Part shown: positions 1-8,901 of the stretch, in pieces
Numbering within the stretch: the stretch's first letter is position 1
Layout of the letters: every line of letters starts with the position of its first letter
From: a virus
Taxonomy: Duplodnaviria; Caudoviricetes
Strand: one strand, 5' to 3'
Virus record (IMG/VR): IMGVR_UViG_3300046373_000246
Coordinates: 1-54,107 of that record
Length of the DNA stretch: 54,107 bases
Notes under the pieces: generated by a model
What the model was told of the DNA's origin: nothing
Databases searched by the model: none
What the model saw: the letters and a program-made list of their open reading frames with translations, nothing else
Position numbers and translations under genes: made by a program

Positions 1-939
1 TTACTTGGAGGCTTCGACCACGCCGCTCTGCCGACCCTTGAGGTTCTTCTCGGCTTTGTATTGCTGCGCCACTGCCGGCACGTTGGTGCTTCTGCCGGTT
101 TCCATCCAGCTGCGGATACGGCTGGCATCGGCGAAGTGGGTGTATTTGCCGAATGCATCGAGAATCACCAGGGCGACCGGGCGGTTGCTCATGCGCGTCA
201 CCAGCACCAGGCAATGTCCCGCCGGGTTGGTGAAGCCGGTTTTGGTGATCTTGATGTCCCAGTCGGCCTTGTTCACCAAGTGATCGGTGTTGCGGAAACC
301 CAAGGTGTAATTGGGTTTGCGGAACGACACTGTTTTTTCCTTGGTGGTGGTCAGCTCAGTGAGAATCGGGTGTTTGCTCGCAGCCACCAGCAGTTTGCTC
401 AGGTCGCGGGCAGTGGAAACGTTGCGTTCCGACAAGCCGGTCGGCTCGACATAGTGGGTGTTGGTCATGCCCAGTGCCTTGGCCTTGGCATTCATTGCTG
501 CGATGAACGCGGCGTAACCGCCCGGATAGTGATGCGCGAGGCTGGCGGCTGCACGGTTTTCCGAAGACATCAGGGCAATCAGCAGCATCTCGCGGCGCGG
601 CAGTTCGCTCTTGAGTTTGACTCGGGAAAACACGCCTTTCATCTCTGGCGTGTGGCTGATGTCGACGTCGATCCATTCGTCCATGTTCTGGTGCGCTTCG
701 ACCACGACCAGCCCGGTCATCAGTTTGCTCACCGAGGCGATCGGCACGATCACGTCCGGGTTGCTCGAATAGATGACTTTATTGGTCTGCAAATCCATAA
801 GCAGGGCGCTGCCGGAGGCGATCTTCAGTTGCGAGGCATCGCGTGGCGCGGCGGTGGTTTCAGCGGCGCTGACGGTTGGCGTGACGAATGTGCCTGAAAA
901 AGCAAACAACAGGCTCAGGATCGAAAGACGAATTTTCAC
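1..939 (-). CDS. pbpG: D-alanyl-D-alanine endopeptidase PBP7 (peptidase S11), host gene
   Basis: Signal peptide; SxxK (SVSK), SxN (SEN) and KTG motifs; GTG start. Confidence 0.93.
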   Translation of the reverse strand: MKIRLSILSLLFAFSGTFVTPTVSAAETTAAPRDASQLKIASGSALLMDLQTNKVIYSSNPDVIVPIASVSKLMTGLVVVEAHQNMDEWIDVDISHTPEMKGVFSRVKLKSELPRREMLLIALMSSENRAAASLAHHYPGGYAAFIAAMNAKAKALGMTNTHYVEPTGLSERNVSTARDLSKLLVAASKHPILTELTTTKEKTVSFRKPNYTLGFRNTDHLVNKADWDIKITKTGFTNPAGHCLVLVTRMSNRPVALVILDAFGKYTHFADASRIRSWMETGRSTNVPAVAQQYKAEKNLKGRQSGVVEASK

Positions 940-1071
940 GCGGGCGAACTCATAAAGGTTGGATATTCCGTTAGTTTGTAACGGGTTATTTCTTCAAAGC
1001 GTCGCATTCTAGGAGTATGTGCTAGGAAAGCTATAGCCGCCCGTAAACAAAGGGCGAAATATGAAATAAAT

Positions 1072-2265
1072 TTAAGCTTGTACCAATTTTGTACCAATCT
1101 GGCTTTCGAGCTTCCCAACTTCAGACCAGTCGGTAGTTGAGCTGAGCCAGCGAGCATATGTGGACAGTAGCACTTGGACGCTGTGACCTAGTTGACCTGC
1201 GATGAATGCGGGATTCATGCCCGCCATGAGGCACATTGTGGCGTAAGTGTGGCGGCAGTTGTATTGGCTGCGCGGCTTTATTTTCAGGGCCTCCAGCGCT
1301 TTGGCGAAGTGGCCGCCCGGTGTGGTCGCGTTCAGTATGTATTCCGAACTGCCGGAAGGCGGGAAGACATACGGAGACGACTGGCGTTTGCGCCGCACCT
1401 GATTCAATCGTGCATCCGCAATACGCTTGGCGCGCTCCAGCGCATTCATGGCTCGACTGTTCAGCATCACCGTGCGGGCGTTTTTGGTCTTCGTCCGTTC
1501 TTCAACCTTTCCATCGACAACGATCCGGCAGACGTGCGCAACGCGCTTGTCCATGTCGATCTCATCCCAGCGCAGAGCCCTGAGCTCTCCCGTCCTCATG
1601 CCACAGTAAAACGCGAACTCGAAGTAGGCTGCGTAGATCTGTGCCGCCCTCGAAGTGAAGTTGGCATACATCCATTCGATGATCATGTCCGCTTCTTCCA
1701 CGGTGAAGGGATCAACCACTTTCTTGGCCTTGCCAGGAAGCTTGATCGACGTCGCCGGATTCCTTTCGATTACCTCATCCCGCACCGCTGCCTTGAACAG
1801 AGCGTTCACCCGCGATATCGCCGTGCGTTTCACGGTGTTGCTTTCCCAAGTGGTTTCGGCAATCACCCGACGCAACAGCATCGGGGTGATTGTGGTCATT
1901 GGAACCGTGGCCAGTTCCTGCATCCAGTAATTGTTGATCGTGCCCTTGTAGTTCCGGCGAGTGCCCGGAACGATCTCTAGCCCGTCGATCCACGTCTGGG
2001 CGTATTCGCCGAAGGTGAGGCCTGTTGCCGCAACGGAGTAACTGGAGTTGGGGAACAATTCGGCATAGCGCTTTTCGTCCAGAACCCCATGCTTGGCCAG
2101 GCTGATTACTTGATCGCGTAGGTCGGCGGCCGCCTTGATCCCTTTTGGCGTCTGGGGATGGGCAAGGGTTTCGCACCGACGCTCGCCGTTCCAAGTGAAC
2201 CGGATACGGACAGACTGGCCAGCAAATTCAACTCCTCGGGGCAGGCCCACTGGCTTTCTTGCCAT
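1072..2265 (-). CDS. int: Phage tyrosine integrase with N-terminal arm-binding domain
   Basis: GMRTGEL (catalytic R), YNCRHTYAT, LGHS and catalytic Y (STYARW). Confidence 0.95.
   Translation of the reverse strand: MARKPVGLPRGVEFAGQSVRIRFTWNGERRCETLAHPQTPKGIKAAADLRDQVISLAKHGVLDEKRYAELFPNSSYSVAATGLTFGEYAQTWIDGLEIVPGTRRNYKGTINNYWMQELATVPMTTITPMLLRRVIAETTWESNTVKRTAISRVNALFKAAVRDEVIERNPATSIKLPGKAKKVVDPFTVEEADMIIEWMYANFTSRAAQIYAAYFEFAFYCGMRTGELRALRWDEIDMDKRVAHVCRIVVDGKVEERTKTKNARTVMLNSRAMNALERAKRIADARLNQVRRKRQSSPYVFPPSGSSEYILNATTPGGHFAKALEALKIKPRSQYNCRHTYATMCLMAGMNPAFIAGQLGHSVQVLLSTYARWLSSTTDWSEVGKLESQIGTKLVQA
1078..1098. repeat. TTGTACCAAT direct repeat x2, probable integrase arm-type sites near attL
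   Basis: Exact 10-bp copies at 1078-1087 and 1089-1098 at the 3' end of int, next to an AT-rich spacer. Confidence 0.55.
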
Positions 2266-2450
2266 GCTTCATATCTCCTGATGCTATAAAAAACGCGGCC
2301 GTCAATCTTATTCCAGACGCCTTCGGGGATGATTCCGCGTGCCCGTTTGCCTTCGAGTGCGCGCTTGGTGGTGCCGATCAGGGCGGCCATCCGCTCCTCG
2401 GGCACTTTGTCGAACGGATACGTTTCGACGTTTTCTTCTGTTTCGGACAT
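2106..2450 (-). CDS. Putative excisionase / recombination directionality factor
   Basis: Small HTH-like protein (MSETEEN...MAALIGTTKRALEGKR) directly upstream of and overlapping int. Confidence 0.6.
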   Translation of the reverse strand: MSETEENVETYPFDKVPEERMAALIGTTKRALEGKRARGIIPEGVWNKIDGRVFYSIRRYEAWQESQWACPEELNLLASLSVSGSLGTASVGAKPLPIPRRQKGSRRPPTYAIK

Positions 2451-2493
2451 AGCAGGCTCCATGCCGCGCGTGGCGGCAGAAGGTGGTGATGGG

Positions 2494-2898
2494 TTACGCC
2501 GACCGGCGCCCGGTTTCTTTCTGGCGCTCCACGTCGATCTGCTCATAGAGGGCATCGACTCTTTTGCTTTTTCGGTCTATGGCCTGAGACCGCTTGATGT
2601 GGTCTGACATGGCCTTGTCATAGGGCTCTATCAGTTTGATCAGCCTCAGCTTCTCTTCTGGATCCTTCGATTCGTTAAACCTGATAGCCAGTCGGTCGCG
2701 TTCTTTGAAATCCACTCCGTCGAGTGCGCGGTTTTCCTTCTGCATTTCCTCAAGCACCTCGGCTGACTGCCGCTCCCAGCGCAGATACAGCACATCGCTT
2801 CGTTTGGGGCGTGAGAAGAAGTGGTGGCTTTTGATCCAGGCCACCAGATCCTCCTTGGTCATTTCGTCGAGTACATCTTTCACGGCTTGCTTGGCCAT
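2494..2898 (-). CDS. Hypothetical phage protein (helical, charged)
   Basis: ORF MAKQAVKDVL..., co-oriented with the early-left operon. Confidence 0.65.
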   Translation of the reverse strand: MAKQAVKDVLDEMTKEDLVAWIKSHHFFSRPKRSDVLYLRWERQSAEVLEEMQKENRALDGVDFKERDRLAIRFNESKDPEEKLRLIKLIEPYDKAMSDHIKRSQAIDRKSKRVDALYEQIDVERQKETGRRSA

Positions 2899-2953
2899 AC
2901 GTGCATAGCTCCGCCCGCCGTACACCGGCAGGCTGTTGAGTTGGGGGGAGGGG

Positions 2954-3271
2954 TTACTGCTGGATGAGTTTGGCGGGGACTTTGACCGTAGCGCCGCGGT
3001 TGGCGAAGACAACGGCGCGGAAAACTGCGACAGTTCGGGTTTCGCCGGGCTGGCGGTTGAACGGATCGTTGCTCATGTCGGCCACCCACGGGGCGCTGTG
3101 GCCGGCTTCGCACCAGACGCCGTACTTCGAGATCAGTTGCTCGGCGTCGAGCTGGGTGAAGAGATCCAGTTGGCCCGCGACTGGCTGCTCGTCACCCTCG
3201 ATCGCGTTGATTGCCCAGTCCAGCGCCGGGCCGGTCAGTTCCTCGGTGCGGACGCTGACCATGCGGCTCAT
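2954..3271 (-). CDS. NinX/DUF2591-like phage protein
   Basis: ELTGPALDWA motif; ATGA overlap with the upstream gene. Confidence 0.65.
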   Translation of the reverse strand: MSRMVSVRTEELTGPALDWAINAIEGDEQPVAGQLDLFTQLDAEQLISKYGVWCEAGHSAPWVADMSNDPFNRQPGETRTVAVFRAVVFANRGATVKVPAKLIQQ

Positions 3272-3540
3272 GGATAATCGTCGTAGTTGTCGAAACAAGA
3301 GCCGCACATGGGCCTCCATCCTTGGCTAATTGCTTGGGGATGATCCTTCCGAACCCATCGCCATTTCTGGACGAACGCACCACAGTCGCGGCACCGAATA
3401 TAGTGATCGACGGCTTTTCGTCGAGCGATTTCGATCTTCTCGCGCTCCAGCTCCAGACGGTGCGCTTCTTGTTGCTCGGCGAACCACTCCTTTTCCTGCT
3501 CCACCGTCATTTCCGGAAAGATGTCGCTCATCTGTGTCAT
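3268..3540 (-). CDS. Hypothetical protein with two CxxC motifs (zinc ribbon)
   Basis: CRDC...CGSC; ATGA-coupled at both ends. Confidence 0.6.
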   Translation of the reverse strand: MTQMSDIFPEMTVEQEKEWFAEQQEAHRLELEREKIEIARRKAVDHYIRCRDCGAFVQKWRWVRKDHPQAISQGWRPMCGSCFDNYDDYP

Positions 3541-3593
3541 CGCCACGGCCCCCTGTAGATCAGGTAGGCCATGTAGAGCGGGGCGAAGATCAT
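3537..3593 (-). CDS. 18-aa hydrophobic microprotein MIFAPLYMAYLIYRGPWR
   Basis: Translated by hand; ATGA overlaps with both neighbours; AGGTG SD-like site upstream. Confidence 0.55.
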   Translation of the reverse strand: MIFAPLYMAYLIYRGPWR

Positions 3594-4156
3594 GGCGTCA
3601 CCTTCTGGCCGAGCAGTACATCGCTGACGACCTCCCAGAGTTGAGCGGTCGACCACTGGAACCGGTCGAAGTCAGTGTCAGGCTCAATGCCGACCCGACA
3701 GGTTGAGTGGGCGCCGGCCGGATACTCGCCGCGCTTGGCCATGATCGTCGCCACGCGGCCATCGCCTCCCGGCTCGGTGCGATGATATGCGTACGCCTGC
3801 GTGTTGTAATCGTTGCCGGCTGGAATCCCGATCGTTCCGACGTGCACCAGGTCTGCACGACCGTCCGGTGTCCATGGCCGGCCACCACCTGCCGTGCGCG
3901 CGCCTTCGTGCAGGTACAGCATGAATTCGCCAGCGTCATGGCAGACAAGCTCGAACTCATGGTTGAACTGCGTTCCGACGATCACACGGGAGGTGAAGTT
4001 GAAGCGGTGATCGTGGATCGCCGAGTGTTCGAAGCATGCCCGGCGCGGCAACTCAGGGTGCCAGACGTGCAAGCGCTGATTGCCCTGGAGCTGAACCTGC
4101 ACAAAGCCGAGGCCGTGCAGGGTGATTTTGTCCGTCATCACGTCATCGATGATCAT
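3590..4156 (-). CDS. Putative cupin-fold metalloprotein
   Basis: IHDHRFNFTSRV...YHRT His pattern; starts MIIDDV. Confidence 0.5.
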   Translation of the reverse strand: MIIDDVMTDKITLHGLGFVQVQLQGNQRLHVWHPELPRRACFEHSAIHDHRFNFTSRVIVGTQFNHEFELVCHDAGEFMLYLHEGARTAGGGRPWTPDGRADLVHVGTIGIPAGNDYNTQAYAYHRTEPGGDGRVATIMAKRGEYPAGAHSTCRVGIEPDTDFDRFQWSTAQLWEVVSDVLLGQKVTP

Positions 4157-4593
4157 GGCGTCACCTGCTTGATGTGGGAGTCGACCCATTTGCGCATCCG
4201 CTGCCAGCGCAGCTCCGGTGTTTCCGGGATCAGCTTGTAACGGCCATCCGCCTGCAGCTGATACTCGCCGTCGCGCTCGTCGTTTTCGAAAACTATCTCC
4301 GCGGCCATGGCTTCGGCTATCCCGAAAGCCTCTGAAACGCTTTCGCGGCAATGAGAGTCGATGCTGGTCATGTCGAGACCGCGCTTTGCGCCGAGCACGC
4401 CGAGTGTGCAGAACTGGCCGTCGGCCTCGAGCGTGTCTGTGACCAGTCGCTTTTCCGGCATCGCGTCCATTGCATTGCGCAACTCGATGAGGAACGCTTG
4501 GCCGCGCTTCCCGTTCAGTGCCGACTTCACGGCGCCCCGCCAGCAGATCAGATCCCATCCGCCGCAATCGTCGCTGTATCCGCTACGGCTCAT
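4153..4593 (-). CDS. Conserved hypothetical phage protein
   Basis: MSRSGYSDD...WRGAV; ATGA-coupled. Confidence 0.65.
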   Translation of the reverse strand: MSRSGYSDDCGGWDLICWRGAVKSALNGKRGQAFLIELRNAMDAMPEKRLVTDTLEADGQFCTLGVLGAKRGLDMTSIDSHCRESVSEAFGIAEAMAAEIVFENDERDGEYQLQADGRYKLIPETPELRWQRMRKWVDSHIKQVTP

Positions 4594-5018
4594 GGTGTCA
4601 CCTCGCGGCGTGCCCACTGCACATACGGGCCGTCATCTGTATCGAAGATCCCCATCAAGAACCACTCAGGGCCTGGCGATTCGGGATTCCAGGCGGTGCA
4701 CGCAGCATCCTCTTCAGGAAGATCCTCAAGTTCGTCGCCAGAGTGCCAGCCTTTCAGTTCCAGACCCTGTTCCTTGACCCAGGCAATGTATGGCGCCGGG
4801 TCCTCGCCTTCGCCAAAGCTCGGAATATTCGGGTGATACCACCAGCCGTCTGCATCGCGCTTCACCTCGACCGGCCCGAACGGCTTGCTGCCGCTATGCT
4901 CCTCGCAGGGAGTGACGTAAAGCACGTCGGAGTAGTGTCCGCCGCCAGAGCTGAATTCCATCTTGCAGCCGCACTTGGCGGGCTCGCTGTTGACGAACGT
5001 AATCTTTTGTTCAGGCAT
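4590..5018 (-). CDS. Hypothetical phage protein
   Basis: MPEQKITF...RDADGWWYHP...WNPESPGPEWFL...DTDDGP. Confidence 0.65.
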   Translation of the reverse strand: MPEQKITFVNSEPAKCGCKMEFSSGGGHYSDVLYVTPCEEHSGSKPFGPVEVKRDADGWWYHPNIPSFGEGEDPAPYIAWVKEQGLELKGWHSGDELEDLPEEDAACTAWNPESPGPEWFLMGIFDTDDGPYVQWARREVTP

Positions 5019-5095
5019 GACTTCGTCCTTGCCGCTATAGCGGCTGACTTTGATGGGGGAGGGAGTAGAATTGGGGGTGGAGTACAGATGTACTC

Positions 5096-5677
5096 TTATC
5101 GGGATCCGGCTGATTCGCTGGCTGGGTGTATCGCGTTCCAGCGCTGGAAGGCTTCCTGCGTTGTCGCGGCTTCGATCTTCTCGTCGCACTGGTTGCACGC
5201 CGCCACACCGCCCGAAGCACCGACATCGCGGTGACCTTGCTTGCAGGGGTTCATATGCCAGTCGTCATCCTGCTCCTGTTCAGCCACCTCAACCACCAGG
5301 TGCTTGCCGCAGGAATGGCAGGAGTGCATGCCGTTTTCTTCCGGCCCATCCTCATGGAATGACCAGGTCTCACCGCAGCCACTGTTCCAGATGCCGCTGT
5401 CGTCTTCGCGACTCCATTCGCAAGTCCCGGCACGATCATCGTTCAGTTGATCCGCTGCGTTCAGGCGCTGTTGCAGGGCGGCATTCTCGGCGGTGACCCG
5501 GTCGAGTTCGGCACGGTTAATCAGCTCGACGTAAACGTCATCGGTGCCGGTGACCAGGCGCTGCTGAAGCTCTTCGATCAGTTTCATGTCCGGCTGAATG
5601 TCGTTCTCGCCAAGCTCGGTTGCGTCGAACGCGCCGCCGAGTACCAGAGTAGCCAGCGTTTGTATTCCGCTCATCAT
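5096..5677 (-). CDS. Hypothetical protein with zinc ribbons, C-terminus Lar-like
   Basis: CHSCG, then NPCKQG...CNQC...TQEAFQRWN, resembling restriction-alleviation Lar domains. Confidence 0.45.
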   Translation of the reverse strand: MMSGIQTLATLVLGGAFDATELGENDIQPDMKLIEELQQRLVTGTDDVYVELINRAELDRVTAENAALQQRLNAADQLNDDRAGTCEWSREDDSGIWNSGCGETWSFHEDGPEENGMHSCHSCGKHLVVEVAEQEQDDDWHMNPCKQGHRDVGASGGVAACNQCDEKIEAATTQEAFQRWNAIHPASESAGSR

Positions 5678-5687
5678 GCAATCCTTT

Positions 5688-6275
5688 TCAATTGTCGGTA
5701 CCGGTGTAGGTGCGCCAAGGCACCTTCACGCCGTTTACGAGGAATCCCCAGTCACCGCGCCACTTGCTGGTGATGAAGAGGGTGATGACTCCGCCGGGTG
5801 ATACCTGGTCGATGCGGTGGTATTCGCCGTGGTTGAGGCGGGCGGTGTCGCCTTCGGAGCGTTTCAGCCACTCGCAGGCGTCCTTCATGATCCACTCAAC
5901 GATCCTCGGGTCTGGATTTGGAACCATCGAGGACCTGACCGTTTTCTTCCACCAATCGCTCGCCGGCCGCTGCTCGTTGTACCAACCGCGCAGGATGATC
6001 GTCCGTGCGTTCCAAGGATGATCGTGCAGATCCCGATCTTCGTCCGGCCGCATGATGTGGTGAATGCGGAACGACCACGGGCACCACCAGAACCGCGCCT
6101 TGTGCGTCTCCCGGCTGTACGGGTTGAACAGCCACCAGCGCCCCATGTACATCTCGGTGCCGTCGGCGGACATGATGTGCTGGTACGGGGTGAGCTTGGC
6201 GCGGGCGATGAGCCAGTCCGCGATAGCCGGGCGGGCCAGCAGCTTGGCGACCAGGCGCCAGATTAATTGGGACAT
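5688..6275 (-). CDS. Putative cupin-fold phage protein
   Basis: HHIMRPDEDRDLHDHPW...YHRI...TLFI...WGF. Confidence 0.55.
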   Translation of the reverse strand: MSQLIWRLVAKLLARPAIADWLIARAKLTPYQHIMSADGTEMYMGRWWLFNPYSRETHKARFWWCPWSFRIHHIMRPDEDRDLHDHPWNARTIILRGWYNEQRPASDWWKKTVRSSMVPNPDPRIVEWIMKDACEWLKRSEGDTARLNHGEYHRIDQVSPGGVITLFITSKWRGDWGFLVNGVKVPWRTYTGTDN

Positions 6276-6323
6276 GGGAAGCCTCGGCGGTATATTAAGA
6301 TTCGATTTTATGGGGGGATAGGG

Positions 6324-6980
6324 ATGTCGATTTGTTTTGCTGTTTCAGAGATCGACTGGTCACTTACCAAAGATGCTTTTTCGATAGTTGGTACAGTGGT
6401 TAGTGCGTGCGGAGTTATCGCAGCAATAGTATTCGGTAGAATCGGGTTATCTACGTGGCGGCGCCAAGCTAAAGGATCAAATGATCATGAGCTTTCTCGT
6501 CGAATTCTGTTGGAACTCTACAGATATAAAGAAGCCATCAATCGCGCAAGGTATCCATCATTCTATAAACATGAAATGAACGATGAAGTAGAGGTCGTTG
6601 GAAATATAGACTATCAAGTCATGCGTTTTCGTCGACTAGCGAAAATGTATGAGCGCCGATTGGATGAAATTATTGTATGTCGCTCAGAGCTGGGCGTCAG
6701 TTTGGTTGAGGGTAATGCCCTCTGGCGGGATGCTTTAACTCCAATGTTTGAAGAAATCGAAGCCTTAGAGCTACAACTATTTCAGTACATAAACACCTAT
6801 CTGTATTCGATTAATCCTGAAGTACCAGTGGTGACTAGAGAGGCATGTCAACAGCAGTTAGGCGGAATGCCCGATGTTCTTTACGATGACCTAAGTAAGG
6901 AGGGTGATGATTACAGGAAAAAAATGGAAGTCTGCATTGATAGAATTCGTTTCTTTTTGGTTAGTAAAATGATCCACTAG
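6324..6980 (+). CDS. Moron: N-terminal membrane-anchored hypothetical protein
   Basis: Opposite strand, visibly AT-rich, hydrophobic segment FSIVGTVVSACGVIAAIVFG. Confidence 0.75.
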   Translation: MSICFAVSEIDWSLTKDAFSIVGTVVSACGVIAAIVFGRIGLSTWRRQAKGSNDHELSRRILLELYRYKEAINRARYPSFYKHEMNDEVEVVGNIDYQVMRFRRLAKMYERRLDEIIVCRSELGVSLVEGNALWRDALTPMFEEIEALELQLFQYINTYLYSINPEVPVVTREACQQQLGGMPDVLYDDLSKEGDDYRKKMEVCIDRIRFFLVSKMIH

Positions 6981-6981
6981 A

Positions 6982-7905
6982 TTAGGCAGCAGCCCTTAGC
7001 GCTTCAATGATTCTCTTGCCCGCGAGCGGAGGAACGGCATTACCAGTCATGTGCATTGTCAGTTTGTGGTTGTCAGGACGAAGCGTGTCTTTTGGAAAGG
7101 ACTGAGCTGCCATCGCCTCGTCAGCGCTGATCATCCGCATCATGTCACCGTCAACGACTGCCCAGCGATCCAGCGTGGTGATTGTGCCGATCGGGCGATC
7201 AAGGCTACGGCCAGTGAGACCTGAGCCTGAGCCGTAGTAGGGCATCACGAACCGATCACCGAAGCGCTCACGGCCATTCTTCACGCGAGTCAGCGTTGAT
7301 GCTGCGCGGCCTGGCTTGTTGATCGGCGACCATTTGCCAGCGTCGAAGTCGATGATCTCGCGGGCCGGTACGTGCTGATAGCGGGGTAGCTGCAAGTGCA
7401 ACGGCGCCTTGCTACGCGAGCAGACCATGAAGAGCCGTACGCGGTGCTGCGGGACGCCGAGGTCGGCGCAGTCCACGATGTGCGGTGCCAGTGCGTAGCC
7501 CAGCCTCTGCATCGCGTCAGCCCAAGCCGGGTAAAGAATCCAGTCCATGAACTCCGGTACGTTCTCGATTACCGCGAAGTCCGGCCTGTTGACCTCGGCA
7601 TTCTGTACCGGCGCCCAAGCTGTCGATCGCGAGTTGTCGTGCTGAGGGTTGCCGGCAGCCTTGCCGCGAGCCTTGGTGTGCCCTTGGCAGCAGGGAGAGG
7701 CGAGCATGACATCGTGCTTCGGCAAGTCCGCCCAGTTCGCTTGGTGCAGATCCTGACAGGCGTGGATCGTGTCCGGGTTATTGCGGGTGTGCCACTCTAC
7801 TGCCTCGGGCCAGTGGTTCGCAGCCCAAAGAACATTGAGGCCCGCATCTTTGCCGCCTCGCGTCCAACCACCGAAACCAGAAAACAAGTCAATTGCTGTG
7901 AGCAT
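6982..7905 (-). CDS. DNA (cytosine-5) methyltransferase, orphan
   Basis: Motifs DLFSGFGG, SPCCQG, ENV, QHRVR, GNAV. Confidence 0.92.
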   Translation of the reverse strand: MLTAIDLFSGFGGWTRGGKDAGLNVLWAANHWPEAVEWHTRNNPDTIHACQDLHQANWADLPKHDVMLASPCCQGHTKARGKAAGNPQHDNSRSTAWAPVQNAEVNRPDFAVIENVPEFMDWILYPAWADAMQRLGYALAPHIVDCADLGVPQHRVRLFMVCSRSKAPLHLQLPRYQHVPAREIIDFDAGKWSPINKPGRAASTLTRVKNGRERFGDRFVMPYYGSGSGLTGRSLDRPIGTITTLDRWAVVDGDMMRMISADEAMAAQSFPKDTLRPDNHKLTMHMTGNAVPPLAGKRIIEALRAAA

Positions 7906-7955
7906 GCGGGACCCTCGCCGGCTGGCGTGATAGTTGAGAAAGGGAGAATTCAGGG

Positions 7956-8810
7956 TTATGCGCGTTCGCCGAGATCCAGCCCTATCTGGCTGACCCGATC
8001 GACACATGCCGGGCTCAGCCAGACACATTCGGTGCGGCTTGCAGTGCCCCGGCTGGCGCTGATCCGCGCGGACGTGCTGTAGCAGGCCCAGCCGGGCAGC
8101 ATCTCTGCATAAAGGTCGCTCGGATATCCGGACAGCACGACCATTCCTTCCAGCTCGAGCAAAACGCCGAGCAGTTGGCGGTGGGCCGCGTCGTCCATTT
8201 CGTGCTTGTAGTAGCGGCCGCTCGATGCGCCTTTGTACCTGGTGTCATGCACGTAAGGTGGGTCAACGTAGTGCAGCGTCTGCGGCCCGTCGTGCGCCCT
8301 GATCACCTCGATCGCGGGCCTGTTCTCGATCAGCACGCCGCTCAGGCGTTGGCCGACCTCGGCAAGTTGCTCAGGGTAGGTCGCCCACAATGACTGGGCC
8401 GTGCCGTACTGTCGTTTTGTATCGATGCGGAAGCCGGTGACGCCCTTGGTGGCGCCGGCCGATCCGAAGCCCATCTGGGCGCGGATGATCGTTCGCCGCG
8501 CTCGTTCGACTGGTTCGGCGCTCGGCTCCCATGACAGTTCGAATTCCTCGCGAGAGTAGGGCGTGAATATCAAGCGCTCGGTAAGTCCCGATCGCGTGAC
8601 CGGGTCCTGCAGAACGCGGAACAGGTTGACGATGTCGCCGTCCAGGTCGTTGTAGACCTCGGCATACGACCGAGGCTTCTGCATCAGAACGCCGGCGGCA
8701 CCGCCGAATGACTCGACGTAGCAGGTGTGCGGCGGAAAGTGTTGCAGCACCCACGGCGCAAGCCGGAACTTGGCACCGTGGTAGCGGATGACCGGTGCGG
8801 TGATGGTCAT
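7956..8810 (-). CDS. DNA adenine methyltransferase (Dam/D12 class), orphan
   Basis: RYHGAK, ESFGGA, YNDLD and YVDPPY motifs. Confidence 0.92.
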   Translation of the reverse strand: MTITAPVIRYHGAKFRLAPWVLQHFPPHTCYVESFGGAAGVLMQKPRSYAEVYNDLDGDIVNLFRVLQDPVTRSGLTERLIFTPYSREEFELSWEPSAEPVERARRTIIRAQMGFGSAGATKGVTGFRIDTKRQYGTAQSLWATYPEQLAEVGQRLSGVLIENRPAIEVIRAHDGPQTLHYVDPPYVHDTRYKGASSGRYYKHEMDDAAHRQLLGVLLELEGMVVLSGYPSDLYAEMLPGWACYSTSARISASRGTASRTECVWLSPACVDRVSQIGLDLGERA

Positions 8811-8901
8811 ATTGAATTCCATGTGCGCGCCTGCCTCTCCGGCTGGCGTGATTCGTAGAAGTGGGGTATTTGTGTGTTTCAAATACAGCGAGGGAACGCA
8901 G

